Shown one piece after another: positions 27,068 to 36,291 of a stretch of DNA of 64,000 bases. Numbering within the stretch: position 1 is the first letter of the stretch; each line of letters starts with the position of its first letter. The notes under the pieces are model-generated. The model made no database searches. It had not been told where the DNA came from and worked only from the letters and a program-made list of their open reading frames with translations. Both the position numbers and the translations under genes were made by a program. The stretch comes from an uncultured Gemmatimonadales bacterium. GTDB taxonomy: Bacteria; Gemmatimonadota; Gemmatimonadetes; Longimicrobiales; Longimicrobiaceae. The stretch is from contig OY970303.1 of the NCBI GenBank assembly GCA_963716255.1, positions 7,712,001-7,776,000 of the forward strand, in the 5' to 3' direction.

Positions 27068-28744
27068 ATGATGGCGACCACGAGGAAACTCCTGTCCGCG
27101 GCGATGGTCCTCGGTGCGGGGCTGCTGGCGGCGTGCGACGGCGGCGGCGGCGACCCCACGGAGCCGGAGGTGACGGCCCCGGCCAACGTCGTCGTGACGC
27201 CCGTCTCGGCGACGGGGCTGCGCGTGTCGTTCGACGCGGTCGCCGGCGCCACCTCGTACACGATCCAGCGCGCCCCCGCCGCGGCCGGCGATTTCGCCAC
27301 GGTGAACACCGGGCCGCAGACCAGCTTCGACGACACGGGCCTGCAGGCGCAGACCGCCTACCGCTACCGCGTCTCGGCCACCGCGGGCTCGCGCGCCAGC
27401 GGCTTCAGCGCCGAGCGCACCGGGACCACGGGCGCGACCCCGGTCGTCGCCGTGTCCGCCAACATCACCGCCAACCGCACCTTCTACTCGGACACCGTCT
27501 ACAAGCTGGACGCGTTCGTGAAGGTGACCAACGGCGCCACCCTCACGGTGCAGCCCGGCACCGTGGTGCAGGGCGAGCAGCTGTCCGCGCTCTTCGTCCT
27601 CCCCGGCGCGCGCATCATGGCGGTGGGGACCGCGGAGCGCCCCATCGTCTTCACCTCCGCCCGCGCCCCCGGCGACCGCAAGCCCGGCGACTGGGGCGGC
27701 CTGGTCCTCATCGGCCGCGGCGTCATCAACCGCACCGGCAGCATCCGCCTGGAGGGCACGGGCACCAACACCACCACCAACCCGGTGGAGAACTACAGCA
27801 ACGGCGGCAACAACGCGGACAACAGCGGCACGCTGCGCTACGTCCGCATCGAGTTCGCGGGCTACGGCCCGGCGCAGGACCAGGAGCTCAACGCGCTCAC
27901 CATGGCGGCGGTCGGCAGCGGCACCACCGTCGAGTACGTGCAGACGGTGGCGGGGCTCGACGACTCCTTCGAGTGGTTCGGCGGGGCGGTGGACGGAAAG
28001 TACCTGGTGTCGTACGAGTCGGGCGACGACCACTTCGACGCGTCCGAGGGCTACGCTGGGCGCAACCAGTTCCTGATCGCCTTCCAGTCCACGCGGCTGG
28101 AGCCGCGCGCCGGGGCCGGCGCCTTTTCCAACGACCCGCAGGGGATCGAGAACGACGGCTGCGCCGACGCGCAGGGCGGCACCTGCGGCGCCGCGGGCGA
28201 GAACGCGACGCCCTTCACCACCCCCATGTTCGCCAACTTCACCCTGGTGGGGACCGGTCCGGGTGTGGTGGGCTCCGGCGGCGGCTTCGGGATGATGCTG
28301 CGCCGCGGCACCGGCGGCTACTACGTGAACGGCATCGTCGCCCGCTGGCCGGGCGCGGCCATCGCGCTGCGCAACCCCACCACGGCCGCGCGCATCGCCG
28401 AGGGCAACCTGGTGATCCGCAACCTGCTCCTCGCCGACAACGCCAACACGTTCGAGGCCGGCACCGGGGTCACGGTGGACGCGGCCGCCAGCGGCATCGA
28501 GAGCGGGACCGCGGCCACGGCGAGCCTGTTCACGGCCTTCCCCGCCGGCGCGCCGGGCGGCGCCTCCGCCTTCGACTGGACGCCTTCCACCGGCTCGGCG
28601 GCGCGCACGGGCGGCACGGGCGCATTCACCGGGGCGCTCGCGGCCAGGGCGGGCACCTTCGTCACCGGCACCAGCTTCCGCGGCGCGGTGGACCCGGCGG
28701 GCGCCAAGTGGTGGCAGGGCTGGACCAGCTACGCCCGCAACTGA
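27068..28744 (+). CDS. Surface lipoprotein with fibronectin type III domain and beta-helix-like repeat domain
   Basis: Lipobox LLAAC; FN3 (APANV...FDDTGLQAQTAYRYRVSA); GTAERPIVFTS, GDWGGLVLIG, DNSGTLRYVRIEFAG, DDSFEWFGG, GDDHFD. Confidence 0.8.
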   Translation: MMATTRKLLSAAMVLGAGLLAACDGGGGDPTEPEVTAPANVVVTPVSATGLRVSFDAVAGATSYTIQRAPAAAGDFATVNTGPQTSFDDTGLQAQTAYRYRVSATAGSRASGFSAERTGTTGATPVVAVSANITANRTFYSDTVYKLDAFVKVTNGATLTVQPGTVVQGEQLSALFVLPGARIMAVGTAERPIVFTSARAPGDRKPGDWGGLVLIGRGVINRTGSIRLEGTGTNTTTNPVENYSNGGNNADNSGTLRYVRIEFAGYGPAQDQELNALTMAAVGSGTTVEYVQTVAGLDDSFEWFGGAVDGKYLVSYESGDDHFDASEGYAGRNQFLIAFQSTRLEPRAGAGAFSNDPQGIENDGCADAQGGTCGAAGENATPFTTPMFANFTLVGTGPGVVGSGGGFGMMLRRGTGGYYVNGIVARWPGAAIALRNPTTAARIAEGNLVIRNLLLADNANTFEAGTGVTVDAAASGIESGTAATASLFTAFPAGAPGGASAFDWTPSTGSAARTGGTGAFTGALAARAGTFVTGTSFRGAVDPAGAKWWQGWTSYARN

Positions 28745-28769
28745 CGCTTCGGGAACTGCTCCGAACTGC

Positions 28770-28905
28770 GGGTTCGGGCGTGCCCCCGGCTGGCGCCGGG
28801 GTCGGGCTTCGGCTCCGTAACGCAGCAAACAACGCTGCGTAACGGAGTCGAGCCCGCGCAAACAGCCGCGCGGTCTCGCCCCTTCGGGCCGAAATCCCTC
28901 ACGCG
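28770..28905 (+). repeat. Structured intergenic repeat, full copy
   Basis: Variable stems ACGCAGC/GCTGCGT and CCGCGC/GCGCGG. Confidence 0.92.
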
Positions 28906-29016
28906 GGGCTCGCGCTGGCGTCCGCCGGGCCCCCTGCAAACGCGCCGGGCACACGACGAAACGCCGCGGCCGGCGCCCTTCGGGCGCCGGCCGCTCCTCC
29001 ATCCGATCCGACGACG

Positions 29017-29652
29017 ATGAAACGCATTCGCTTGGCCCTGCTCGCCCTCGTCCTCCCGCTCGCCGCCTGCGGCGGGGCGGACCGGCCCGTCTCGGCGGAC
29101 GCGCCGGCCGCCGCGCCGGCGTCCCCGCCGCCCGCCGTGCAGCCGGCCGCGTACGTGGACAGCGCCCGCAGCGTCGCTGAGGACCTGCGCCGCTTCCGCG
29201 AGGGCCTGGAGCCGGCGTCCGCGCTGCGCGGCGGCGCGGCAAGCCGCGACGCGCTGGTGCGCGCTTTCGTGGCGGCGGTGGAGGCGCAGGACACCGCGGC
29301 GGCGGTGCGCATGGTGATCGCCCGCGCGGAGTTCGCGTACCTGTACTACGCGCACACGCCGCTGGTGGCGCCGCCCCGGGAGGTCAGTCCGCAGCTCGCC
29401 TGGTTCCTGATGCTCCAGAACAGCGAGAAGGGGATCACGCGCGTCTTCCGCCGCCTGGGCGGGAAGCCGCTGGGATACCTCGGCCACGCCTGCGATCCGC
29501 GGCCGGTGGTGCAGGGCCCAAACCGCCTGTGGAACGGGTGCGAGGTCCGGCGCGTCACCGCGAAGGGCGACACCGTGCGCCAGGTGCTCTTCGGCGGGAT
29601 CGTGGAGCGCGACGGACGGTTCAAGTTCGTGTCGTACGCGAACGAGTTCTGA
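29017..29652 (+). CDS. Hypothetical lipoprotein
   Basis: MKRIRLALLALVLPLAAC lipobox; coding-like GC3 bias. Confidence 0.75.
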   Translation: MKRIRLALLALVLPLAACGGADRPVSADAPAAAPASPPPAVQPAAYVDSARSVAEDLRRFREGLEPASALRGGAASRDALVRAFVAAVEAQDTAAAVRMVIARAEFAYLYYAHTPLVAPPREVSPQLAWFLMLQNSEKGITRVFRRLGGKPLGYLGHACDPRPVVQGPNRLWNGCEVRRVTAKGDTVRQVLFGGIVERDGRFKFVSYANEF

Positions 29653-29724
29653 TCCCGTCGGCCGGCACTCCGCGGCTCCGCCGGGACCGCCGGCCCGTGG
29701 GAGGGTGCGAGTCGGGATGGGAAT

Positions 29725-29754
29725 GCCGGGCTCCTTCGGGGGCCCGGCGTTTTT
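29725..29754 (+). terminator. Rho-independent terminator
   Basis: GCCGGGCTCC-TTCG-GGGGCCCGGC followed by GTTTTT. Confidence 0.75.
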
Positions 29755-30030
29755 ATTGCGGATCGGCGCGGGCGGCGGGAAGCACGTCGCCCGCGCCGTG
29801 TACCCGGCCGCAGCACGCACGTTTTCTTGACTGCAAGCACTTCCAAACGTATTCATTCATCGAATGACTCATTGAGCACGGGGAGGTTGTTGCGGGGGGC
29901 CCGGTTCGCCGGCTTTCCGCGGGAGCGGACGTGCCGGCGACGGTGCCGTGTGATCGAAACTCCGGTCCCCGCTCGACCTTTCCTCATGCCGGTCACACCT
30001 GCTTCCCCGCAGCTGTATTGCGAGGTTCAC

Positions 30031-30324
30031 ATGGACATTGCGAGTGCGTCCCTCGTGAGCACCGAGCGCAGGTCCGGCTTCCTTTCCGACGAGAAGTGGG
30101 AGGCGATCTCCGATCGGCTGCGCCTTTCCCGCCGCGAGTTCGAGATCGTGCGGTGCATCATGGACGGGGGCAGCGAGGCGGCCATTGCGCGGACCCTCTC
30201 CATCTCCACTCACACCGTCCACACGCACCTCGAGCGGCTTTATCGGAAGCTCGGCGTATCCAACCGCGCGGACCTGGTGGTGCGCATCTTTTCGGCCTAC
30301 GTGACGCTGGAATCGCCGGACTGA
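30031..30324 (+). CDS. Stand-alone LuxR/GerE-type HTH regulator (97 aa)
   Basis: LSRREFEIV...G.SEAAIARTLSISTHTVHTHLERLYRKLGVSNRADL; RBS GAGG. Confidence 0.85.
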   Translation: MDIASASLVSTERRSGFLSDEKWEAISDRLRLSRREFEIVRCIMDGGSEAAIARTLSISTHTVHTHLERLYRKLGVSNRADLVVRIFSAYVTLESPD

Positions 30325-30587
30325 CCGCGGGTGCGTCGCCCCGGCTTCCTCCGAGTTCGCCCGGCATTGCCCCGGCCGCCTGCGATCTCGCGTCCCCCGC
30401 GCAGCCGACGCCCGCGCATGTGACGCTTGCACAGCCGACTGGCGCAATTTAAGCGTCAATCTATAATGATCCCAGCGGGTGAGGCCGGTCGCAGGTGACC
30501 CATGCCTCGCCCGGTGCGGGCGTGCGCCGCCGCGGCGCGGCAGGAACGTGGAACACGGACGATCGCCACCCCCGGCCAGGAGGTGCC

Positions 30588-31901
30588 ATGCTCGTGACTT
30601 TCCCTGCCCGCCGGCTGCCGGAAGGCGGGAGCGCGCTGGACCTCCTGCGCGGGGTGCTCGCCTCGCGGCTCGCCTCGGGAGAGGGACCCGCCGGACTGGA
30701 CCTCCGTCTCCCGGATCCGGAGAGCCCGGCCCCCGCCTTCGTCCTGCGGAGGCTGGAAGGCAGGGAAGCGTTCGTGGCGGCGGGCGCCTGGCGCGAGGAG
30801 CCGCGGCGTCCCGCCGGCGCGCTACTGGAGGCGGTGGACGCCCTCGCCCGCTGGGCGGTCGCGCGGGATCCGGAGCTGGTACGTCGCTTCGGACGTTCGT
30901 TCGTCACGCTGCTCCCCGCCTGGCGCCGGGATCCCCTGCTGGAAAGCGTCCCCGAGTGGCGCACGGGCCTTGCCGACGACGCGCTGCGCGGGAGCAGGAG
31001 CGCACTCGACCCGTTCTTCCGGGAGCGCGACGTGGCCGCGCGGCTCGCCGTCGACCTGGTGAGCTTCGTGCGCGAGACGGCCTGGGCGGTCAGAAACGAA
31101 ACGGGGCTGCCGCTGCTGCTCTGGCTGGAGCGCGCCGACCGCGCGGACCCGTTCTCGCTGCGGGTGCTGCGGCTCCTGGAATGCAGCCTGGGCGAGGCGC
31201 CCCTCGTGATCTGCACGACCACGGCGGACGGCTGCGCGTGCCCCGCCGTGCACGCGGCGGAAGACCGGCGGGCCGCGCGCCCCGGCCTCTGGCGCACGCA
31301 CCGCCGGTTCGGGGAGCTGCTGGGCGCGGCGGCGGTGTTCTCCCGGGCGTTCACGGTGGCCGAGTGGCGGGCGCTGGTGCCCGGGCGCGCGGCCGACGTG
31401 GACGGCGCGGCGGAGTCCCTCCTCCGGGTGGGCACCCTGCGGGCGGCGGGCGGCGGGCGGCTCGCCTTTTCCGCGACGGCCCGGCGCGAGGCGGCGTACG
31501 CCGCGCTGGAGCCGGAGGAGTCGGCGCTGCTGCACGGCCTGGCGTGGTCCGTGGAGGCCCGGGACGGTGAGCCATGCGGGCTCTGCCGGCATGCCGCCGG
31601 GTCGGGCGATGCCCCGGCCGCGCGGCGGCACGCCCTGGAGGCGATGGAGCGGTCGTGGGCCGTCTGCGACTACGACACCGCCGTCGCGTATGCCCATCGC
31701 GCCCTGACCCCGCCGGGCGAAGGGTCGCCGCTCGAGCCCGACCTGCTGCTCGCGCTGCTTCACTGCGAGGTCGAGCGCGACTCGGACGCCGAGCGGCACT
31801 TCTGGGCCGCGGTGCAGGCGCGGGCGGGGCAGGATGACGCCCCGCTTCGCCTGGTGGACGCCACCGAGCCCCCCGACGGCGTCCTGGAGGTCGTCCTGTA
31901 G
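30588..31901 (+). CDS. Hypothetical protein resembling a degenerate STAND (MalT/LAL-like) ATPase-TPR region
   Basis: RBS AGGAGGT; PLLLWLERADRADPFSLRVL (Walker-B-like), LLGAAAVFSRAF, LAFSATARREAAYAAL, RHAAGSGD; no Walker A seen. Confidence 0.55.
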   Translation: MLVTFPARRLPEGGSALDLLRGVLASRLASGEGPAGLDLRLPDPESPAPAFVLRRLEGREAFVAAGAWREEPRRPAGALLEAVDALARWAVARDPELVRRFGRSFVTLLPAWRRDPLLESVPEWRTGLADDALRGSRSALDPFFRERDVAARLAVDLVSFVRETAWAVRNETGLPLLLWLERADRADPFSLRVLRLLECSLGEAPLVICTTTADGCACPAVHAAEDRRAARPGLWRTHRRFGELLGAAAVFSRAFTVAEWRALVPGRAADVDGAAESLLRVGTLRAAGGGRLAFSATARREAAYAALEPEESALLHGLAWSVEARDGEPCGLCRHAAGSGDAPAARRHALEAMERSWAVCDYDTAVAYAHRALTPPGEGSPLEPDLLLALLHCEVERDSDAERHFWAAVQARAGQDDAPLRLVDATEPPDGVLEVVL

Positions 31902-31947
31902 CCGGACCGGTGCCAGGCACGCGGGCGGCGGACGCCGGCGCGAGCCC

Positions 31948-32082
31948 CGCGTGAGGGATTTCGGCCCGAAGGGGCGAGACCCGGCGCAGTTTGCCGGGGC
32001 TCGACTCCGTTGGCGAGCGTTGTTTGCTCGCTTACGGAGCCGAAGCCCGACCCCGGCGCCAGCCGGGGGCACGCCCGAACCC
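31948..32082 (-). repeat. Structured intergenic repeat, full copy
   Basis: Reverse copy; variable stem AGCGAGC/GCTCGCC. Confidence 0.92.
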
Positions 32083-32114
32083 GTCGTACAGGGCCGGTTC
32101 AACCGGATCCGCCC

Positions 32115-32900
32115 TCAGGCCGCCGCCGGGGGCGAATAGAGCGCGAACGGCCCGCCCTGCGAGTCCAGGCACTGCGCCATCCTCCCGCCCCCCGGCACCT
32201 CCATGGGGCCGTACTGCACCTCGCCACCCCGCTCGCGGACGCGCCCCACCGCCGCGTCCAGGTCGTCCACGGTGACGTAGTAGAGCCAGTGCGGCGGCCG
32301 GCCGGTGGCCCGGGCCGCGTCGAACATGCCGCCCAGCATCGCATCCGCGCCGTCGTCGGGGTGGCGGAAGGTGAGGTAGGGGCCCTCGGGGCCCATGTCC
32401 ATGGTGCCCACGTGCTCCCAGCCGAGCAGCGCCGAGTAGAAGCGCCACGCGTCCCGGTGGTCGGTGGTGTGGAGCTCGTGCCAGCCGAAGGTGCCCGGCA
32501 CCCCGGCGGGGGGCGGCGTCCCGCCTTCGCGGGGGCGGTACAGGGAGATCGAGGCCCCCTGCGGGTCGGCGACGACGGCGTAGCGGCCCACCTCCGGGAT
32601 GTCCGCCGGGGGCGAGACGACGCGCCCACCCAGCTCCGCCGCGCGTTGGGCCGCCGCGTCCACGTCCTCCACGACGACGTGCGCGAACCAGTGCGGCGGG
32701 ATGCCGGCCGCCTCCATCTCCGCCGGGAGCTTCACCAGCCCCCCCACCGGCCTGTCCCCCGCGATCCACATCGTGTACGGCTCCGCGCCGCCCCCCCACG
32801 CCTGCGTCCCCCAGCCCACGACGTGCGTGTAGAAGTCCCGTGCCTTCTCCACGTCGCGGGTCAGGTGGTCGAACCAGACGAAGCGCCCCGTGCTGCTCAT
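32115..32900 (-). CDS. VOC/glyoxalase family protein (two domains)
   Basis: GRFVWFD...FYTHVVGW, VEDVDAA, DPQGA; second domain GTFGWHEL...DSQGGPFAL. Confidence 0.88.
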   Translation of the reverse strand: MSSTGRFVWFDHLTRDVEKARDFYTHVVGWGTQAWGGGAEPYTMWIAGDRPVGGLVKLPAEMEAAGIPPHWFAHVVVEDVDAAAQRAAELGGRVVSPPADIPEVGRYAVVADPQGASISLYRPREGGTPPPAGVPGTFGWHELHTTDHRDAWRFYSALLGWEHVGTMDMGPEGPYLTFRHPDDGADAMLGGMFDAARATGRPPHWLYYVTVDDLDAAVGRVRERGGEVQYGPMEVPGGGRMAQCLDSQGGPFALYSPPAAA

Positions 32901-33040
32901 CGCCGCTCCTCCGTGATGCGAGTTCGAAGTCCGAGCCCCGGCGGCCGCGGCCGCCGGAGGTCGAGGAAGCATGTACCGCCGGCACGGCATGGAAGTCAAG
33001 TACGCGCGCTCCACCCACCCGCGGACGCCGGCACCAGCCC

Positions 33041-33176
33041 CGCGTGAGGGATTTCGGCCCGAAGGGGCGAGACCGCGCGGCTGTTTGCGCGGGCTCGACT
33101 CCGTTGGGCTGCGTTGTTTGCAGCCCTACGGAGCCGAAGCCCGACCCCGGCGCCAGCCGGGGGCACGCCCGAACCC
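33041..33176 (-). repeat. Structured intergenic repeat, full copy
   Basis: Reverse copy; variable stems GGGCTGC/GCAGCCC and CCGCGC/GCGCGG. Confidence 0.92.
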
Positions 33177-33196
33177 TCCTTCTTTTCTCCAGACGC

Positions 33197-33235
33197 AAAA
33201 AAACGCCGGGGCACCTCTCGCGAGGCACCCCGGCG
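33197..33235 (-). terminator. Rho-independent terminator of the DUF47-PiT operon
   Basis: CGCCGGGG...CCCCGGCG hairpin with a 7-T tail on the minus strand. Confidence 0.7.
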
Positions 33236-33259
33236 GCTCCACGTCGAACCTGTAAAAGC

Positions 33260-34297
33260 TCAGGGCGCGATCAGCCGCGACAGCACCATGTACGACAGCG
33301 CCGCCACCAGCGCCGAAGCGGGAATGGTCATCACCCATGCCCACACGATGCGCCCCGCGATCCCCCACCGCACCGCCGACAGCCGCTGCGTGGCGCCCAC
33401 GCCCACGATGGACCCCGTGATGGTGTGCGTGGTGCTCACCGGGATCCCGAACTTGGTCGCGATCAGGATGCTGAGCGCGCCCCCCGTCTCCGCGCAGAAC
33501 CCCCCCACCGGCCGCAGCCGCGTGATCCGCGAGCCCATGGTGTGCACGATGCGCCACCCGCCGAACAGCGTGCCGGCCGAGATGCACGAGTAGGCGGTGA
33601 TCTCCACCCAGAAGGGGATGTGGTCCGCCGTGGGAAGGTAGAAGTGGCGCAGCCACCCCGTCTGCGTGGCGAAGAGCGCCTGCGTGGAGACCAGCAGCCC
33701 CGCGATGATCCCCATGGTCTTCTGCGCGTCGTTGGCCCCGTGCGACAGCGAGAAGAGCGCCGAGCTGGCGAGCTGCGCCCCGCGGAAGAAGCGGTCCACC
33801 CGCCAGCGGGGCACGCGGTGGAAGATCCAGGCGACCGCCACCATCAGCCCGAAGCCCAGCAGCATGCCGATGAGCGGCGACAGGACGATGAAGGTCAGCG
33901 TCTCGATCCACTTGCGGCCCCACTCGATGGCGTCCCACCCGGCCCGGGCCACCGCCGAGCCGGCGTAGCCGCCGATCAGCGCGTGCGACGAGCTGGACGG
34001 CAGCCCGAAGTACCAGGTGATCAGGTTCCAGACGATCGCGCCGAGCAGGCCGCCCAGGATCACCGTGGGGGTGACGATCGCCAGGTTGATCATCCCGGAG
34101 CCGATGGTCTTGGCCACCGCCGTGCCCACCGTGAACAGGGCGAGGAAGTTGAACGACGCGGCCCAGAGCACCGCCGCGAACGGCGACAGCACACGCGTCC
34201 CCACGACCGTGGCGATGGAGTTGGCGGAGTCGTGGAAGCCGTTGATGAAGTCGAACAGGAACGCGATCAGGACGATGACGACGACGTAGGTAAGCAC
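33260..34297 (-). CDS. PiT-family inorganic phosphate transporter
   Basis: GFHDSANSIAT, GLPSSSSHALIGG, SHGANDAQKTMG, PVSTTH motifs; GTG start. Confidence 0.93.
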   Translation of the reverse strand: MLTYVVVIVLIAFLFDFINGFHDSANSIATVVGTRVLSPFAAVLWAASFNFLALFTVGTAVAKTIGSGMINLAIVTPTVILGGLLGAIVWNLITWYFGLPSSSSHALIGGYAGSAVARAGWDAIEWGRKWIETLTFIVLSPLIGMLLGFGLMVAVAWIFHRVPRWRVDRFFRGAQLASSALFSLSHGANDAQKTMGIIAGLLVSTQALFATQTGWLRHFYLPTADHIPFWVEITAYSCISAGTLFGGWRIVHTMGSRITRLRPVGGFCAETGGALSILIATKFGIPVSTTHTITGSIVGVGATQRLSAVRWGIAGRIVWAWVMTIPASALVAALSYMVLSRLIAP

Positions 34298-34299
34298 GG

Positions 34300-34911
34300 T
34301 CAGCTGTTCTTGATGGAGATGCTCTCCAGCACGTTCGCCACGTCGTCGCACTGGTCCAGCGCATCCTCCAGCTTGTCGTACAGGTCCTTCCAGCGGATCA
34401 CGTCCAGCGGGTTGGGCGTGCCCCGGAACAGCTCGCCGATGGCCGCGTGGTAGATGGCGTCGCCCTCCTCCTCCATCAGCTTGATCTCGCGGGCGCGCTC
34501 CTGCACCAGCTTGGGCTTCTTCATCGCGCCCACCGCCACCACCAGGCAGTCCGCCGCGCGCACCAGCACTTCGGTGAGCCTGCGGGCCGGCTCGCGCGTC
34601 TCGGTGAGATGGAACATCTGCGCCCGGCGCGCGGTGCCGTCCAGGAGGTCGATGACGTCGTCCAGCCGCGAGGCCAGGAGGTGGATGTCTTCCCGGTCCA
34701 GCGGGGTCACGAAGCTGCGGTCGATGCGGTCGATCACGTCGTGCGTGAGGTGGTCGGCCTGGTGCTCCAGCTCCTTGATGGCCGCCACGTGCTCGGCGAT
34801 GTGCGCCGGGTCGGCGAACAGCTTCTGCAGGAGGCGGGCGGAGCCGGCGAGCCGCTGCGCCAGCTGGTTGAAGAGGTCGAAGAACTGCTCGTCCTTGGGA
34901 ATGAGGCGCAC
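34300..34911 (-). CDS. DUF47/PhoU-like phosphate transport regulator
   Basis: ELEHQAD...FVTPLDREDI...LDDVID, EEEGD, D.CDDVANVLESI; directly upstream of PiT. Confidence 0.9.
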   Translation of the reverse strand: MRLIPKDEQFFDLFNQLAQRLAGSARLLQKLFADPAHIAEHVAAIKELEHQADHLTHDVIDRIDRSFVTPLDREDIHLLASRLDDVIDLLDGTARRAQMFHLTETREPARRLTEVLVRAADCLVVAVGAMKKPKLVQERAREIKLMEEEGDAIYHAAIGELFRGTPNPLDVIRWKDLYDKLEDALDQCDDVANVLESISIKNS

Positions 34912-35057
34912 CTGGGCTCCTCCGAATAGGTGATTTGTAACGAGGGTGCAACGCGCGGCTACAACCTATGGTGCGCCGCCCGCGGAGGGAAGAACCCCTC
35001 TTCTCCAGCCACGGACCGGCTTTCCGGCGCCCGGGCCGCCGCCCCCGGAGCGCAGGG

Positions 35058-35095
35058 GTTACGAGGAAGTGGACGCCGCGTTACAGAACCGTTAC
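35058..35095 (+). promoter_or_regulatory. Putative Pho box array upstream of pstS
   Basis: GTTAC at 35058, 35080 and 35091 (GTGGA at 35069), exact 11-bp period. Confidence 0.65.
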
Positions 35096-35155
35096 GGCCG
35101 GCCTCTACGTTTGGGCGTCGTTCAACCACAACTCGCTCACGGGGACATCCTGACG

Positions 35156-36283
35156 ATGAAGCGATTCCGGACCGGAACTCTCGCCCTGGCGCTCGCGTCG
35201 GGGCTGGCGGCGTGCGGCGGCGGGGAAGGCGGGGACGGGGGAAGCGCCACGCCCGGCGGCATGGCGAAGGGCGCGCCCGCCGCGGAGGGCACCGTTTCCC
35301 TCACGGGCGCGGGGGCGACCTTTCCGTATCCCATCTACTCCAAGTGGTTCGACAGCTACGGGCGGGAGAACCCCGTCCGCGTCACCTACGGCTCCATCGG
35401 CTCCGGCGGCGGGATCCGCCAGGTCACCGAGGGGACGGTGGATTTCGGCGCCTCGGACGCGCCCATGAATGACGAGGAGCTCGCCAAGGCGCCCGGGATG
35501 CTGCACGTCCCCACGGTGCTTGGCGCCGTGACGGTGGCGTACAACCTCCCCGGCGTGCAGCAGCCCATCCGCCTGAGCGGCGACGTGCTTTCCGACGTGT
35601 TCCTGGGGCGCATCACCCGGTGGAACGACCCGCGCATCGCGGGGCTCAACCCCGGCCTGGCGCTCCCGGCGCGCGACATCCTGGTGGTGTACCGCACCGA
35701 CGGGAGCGGCACCACCTACGTGTTCACCGACTACCTGTCGGCGGTGAGCGCGGCGTGGAAGCAGCAGGTGGGCGTCGGCAAGTCGGTGAAGTGGCCGACC
35801 GGGCTGGGCGCCAAGGGCAACGAGGGCGTCGCCGGGCAGGTGAAGCAGACCGAGGGCGCCGTGGGCTACGTGGAGCTGGCGTACGCCCGCCAGACCGGCC
35901 TGCAGACGGCGTCGGTGCAGAACCAGGCCGGCCAGTTCGTGCAGCCCTCCGTGGCGGCGACCACCGCCGCCGCCGAGGGGCTCGCCGCCCGGCTGGGGCC
36001 GGGATCCGACTTCCGCGTCTCCATCGTCAACCCGGCGGGGGCGGCGGCGTACCCCATCGCCTCGTGGACGTACCTGCTCGTGCCGCCCCAGATCCAGGAC
36101 TGCGCCAAGGCGCGCGCCCTGGTGGACGTGGTCCGCTGGGGGATGGGCGCGCAGGGCGACACGCAGGCGAGCGAGCTGCACTACGCCCCGCTCCCCGCGG
36201 ACGTCGAGCGGCTGGTGCTGGCCCGGCTGCAGACGGTGACCTGCGGCCCGAACCGCCAGCCGGTCGCGGCGGCGGCGGGCTGA
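35156..36283 (+). CDS. pstS: Phosphate ABC transporter substrate-binding lipoprotein
   Basis: LAAC lipobox; GAGATFPYP, GSGGGI, DFGASD, RTDGSGTT, GKSVKWP, GNEGV. Confidence 0.95.
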   Translation: MKRFRTGTLALALASGLAACGGGEGGDGGSATPGGMAKGAPAAEGTVSLTGAGATFPYPIYSKWFDSYGRENPVRVTYGSIGSGGGIRQVTEGTVDFGASDAPMNDEELAKAPGMLHVPTVLGAVTVAYNLPGVQQPIRLSGDVLSDVFLGRITRWNDPRIAGLNPGLALPARDILVVYRTDGSGTTYVFTDYLSAVSAAWKQQVGVGKSVKWPTGLGAKGNEGVAGQVKQTEGAVGYVELAYARQTGLQTASVQNQAGQFVQPSVAATTAAAEGLAARLGPGSDFRVSIVNPAGAAAYPIASWTYLLVPPQIQDCAKARALVDVVRWGMGAQGDTQASELHYAPLPADVERLVLARLQTVTCGPNRQPVAAAAG

Positions 36284-36291
36284 GCGTGGCG

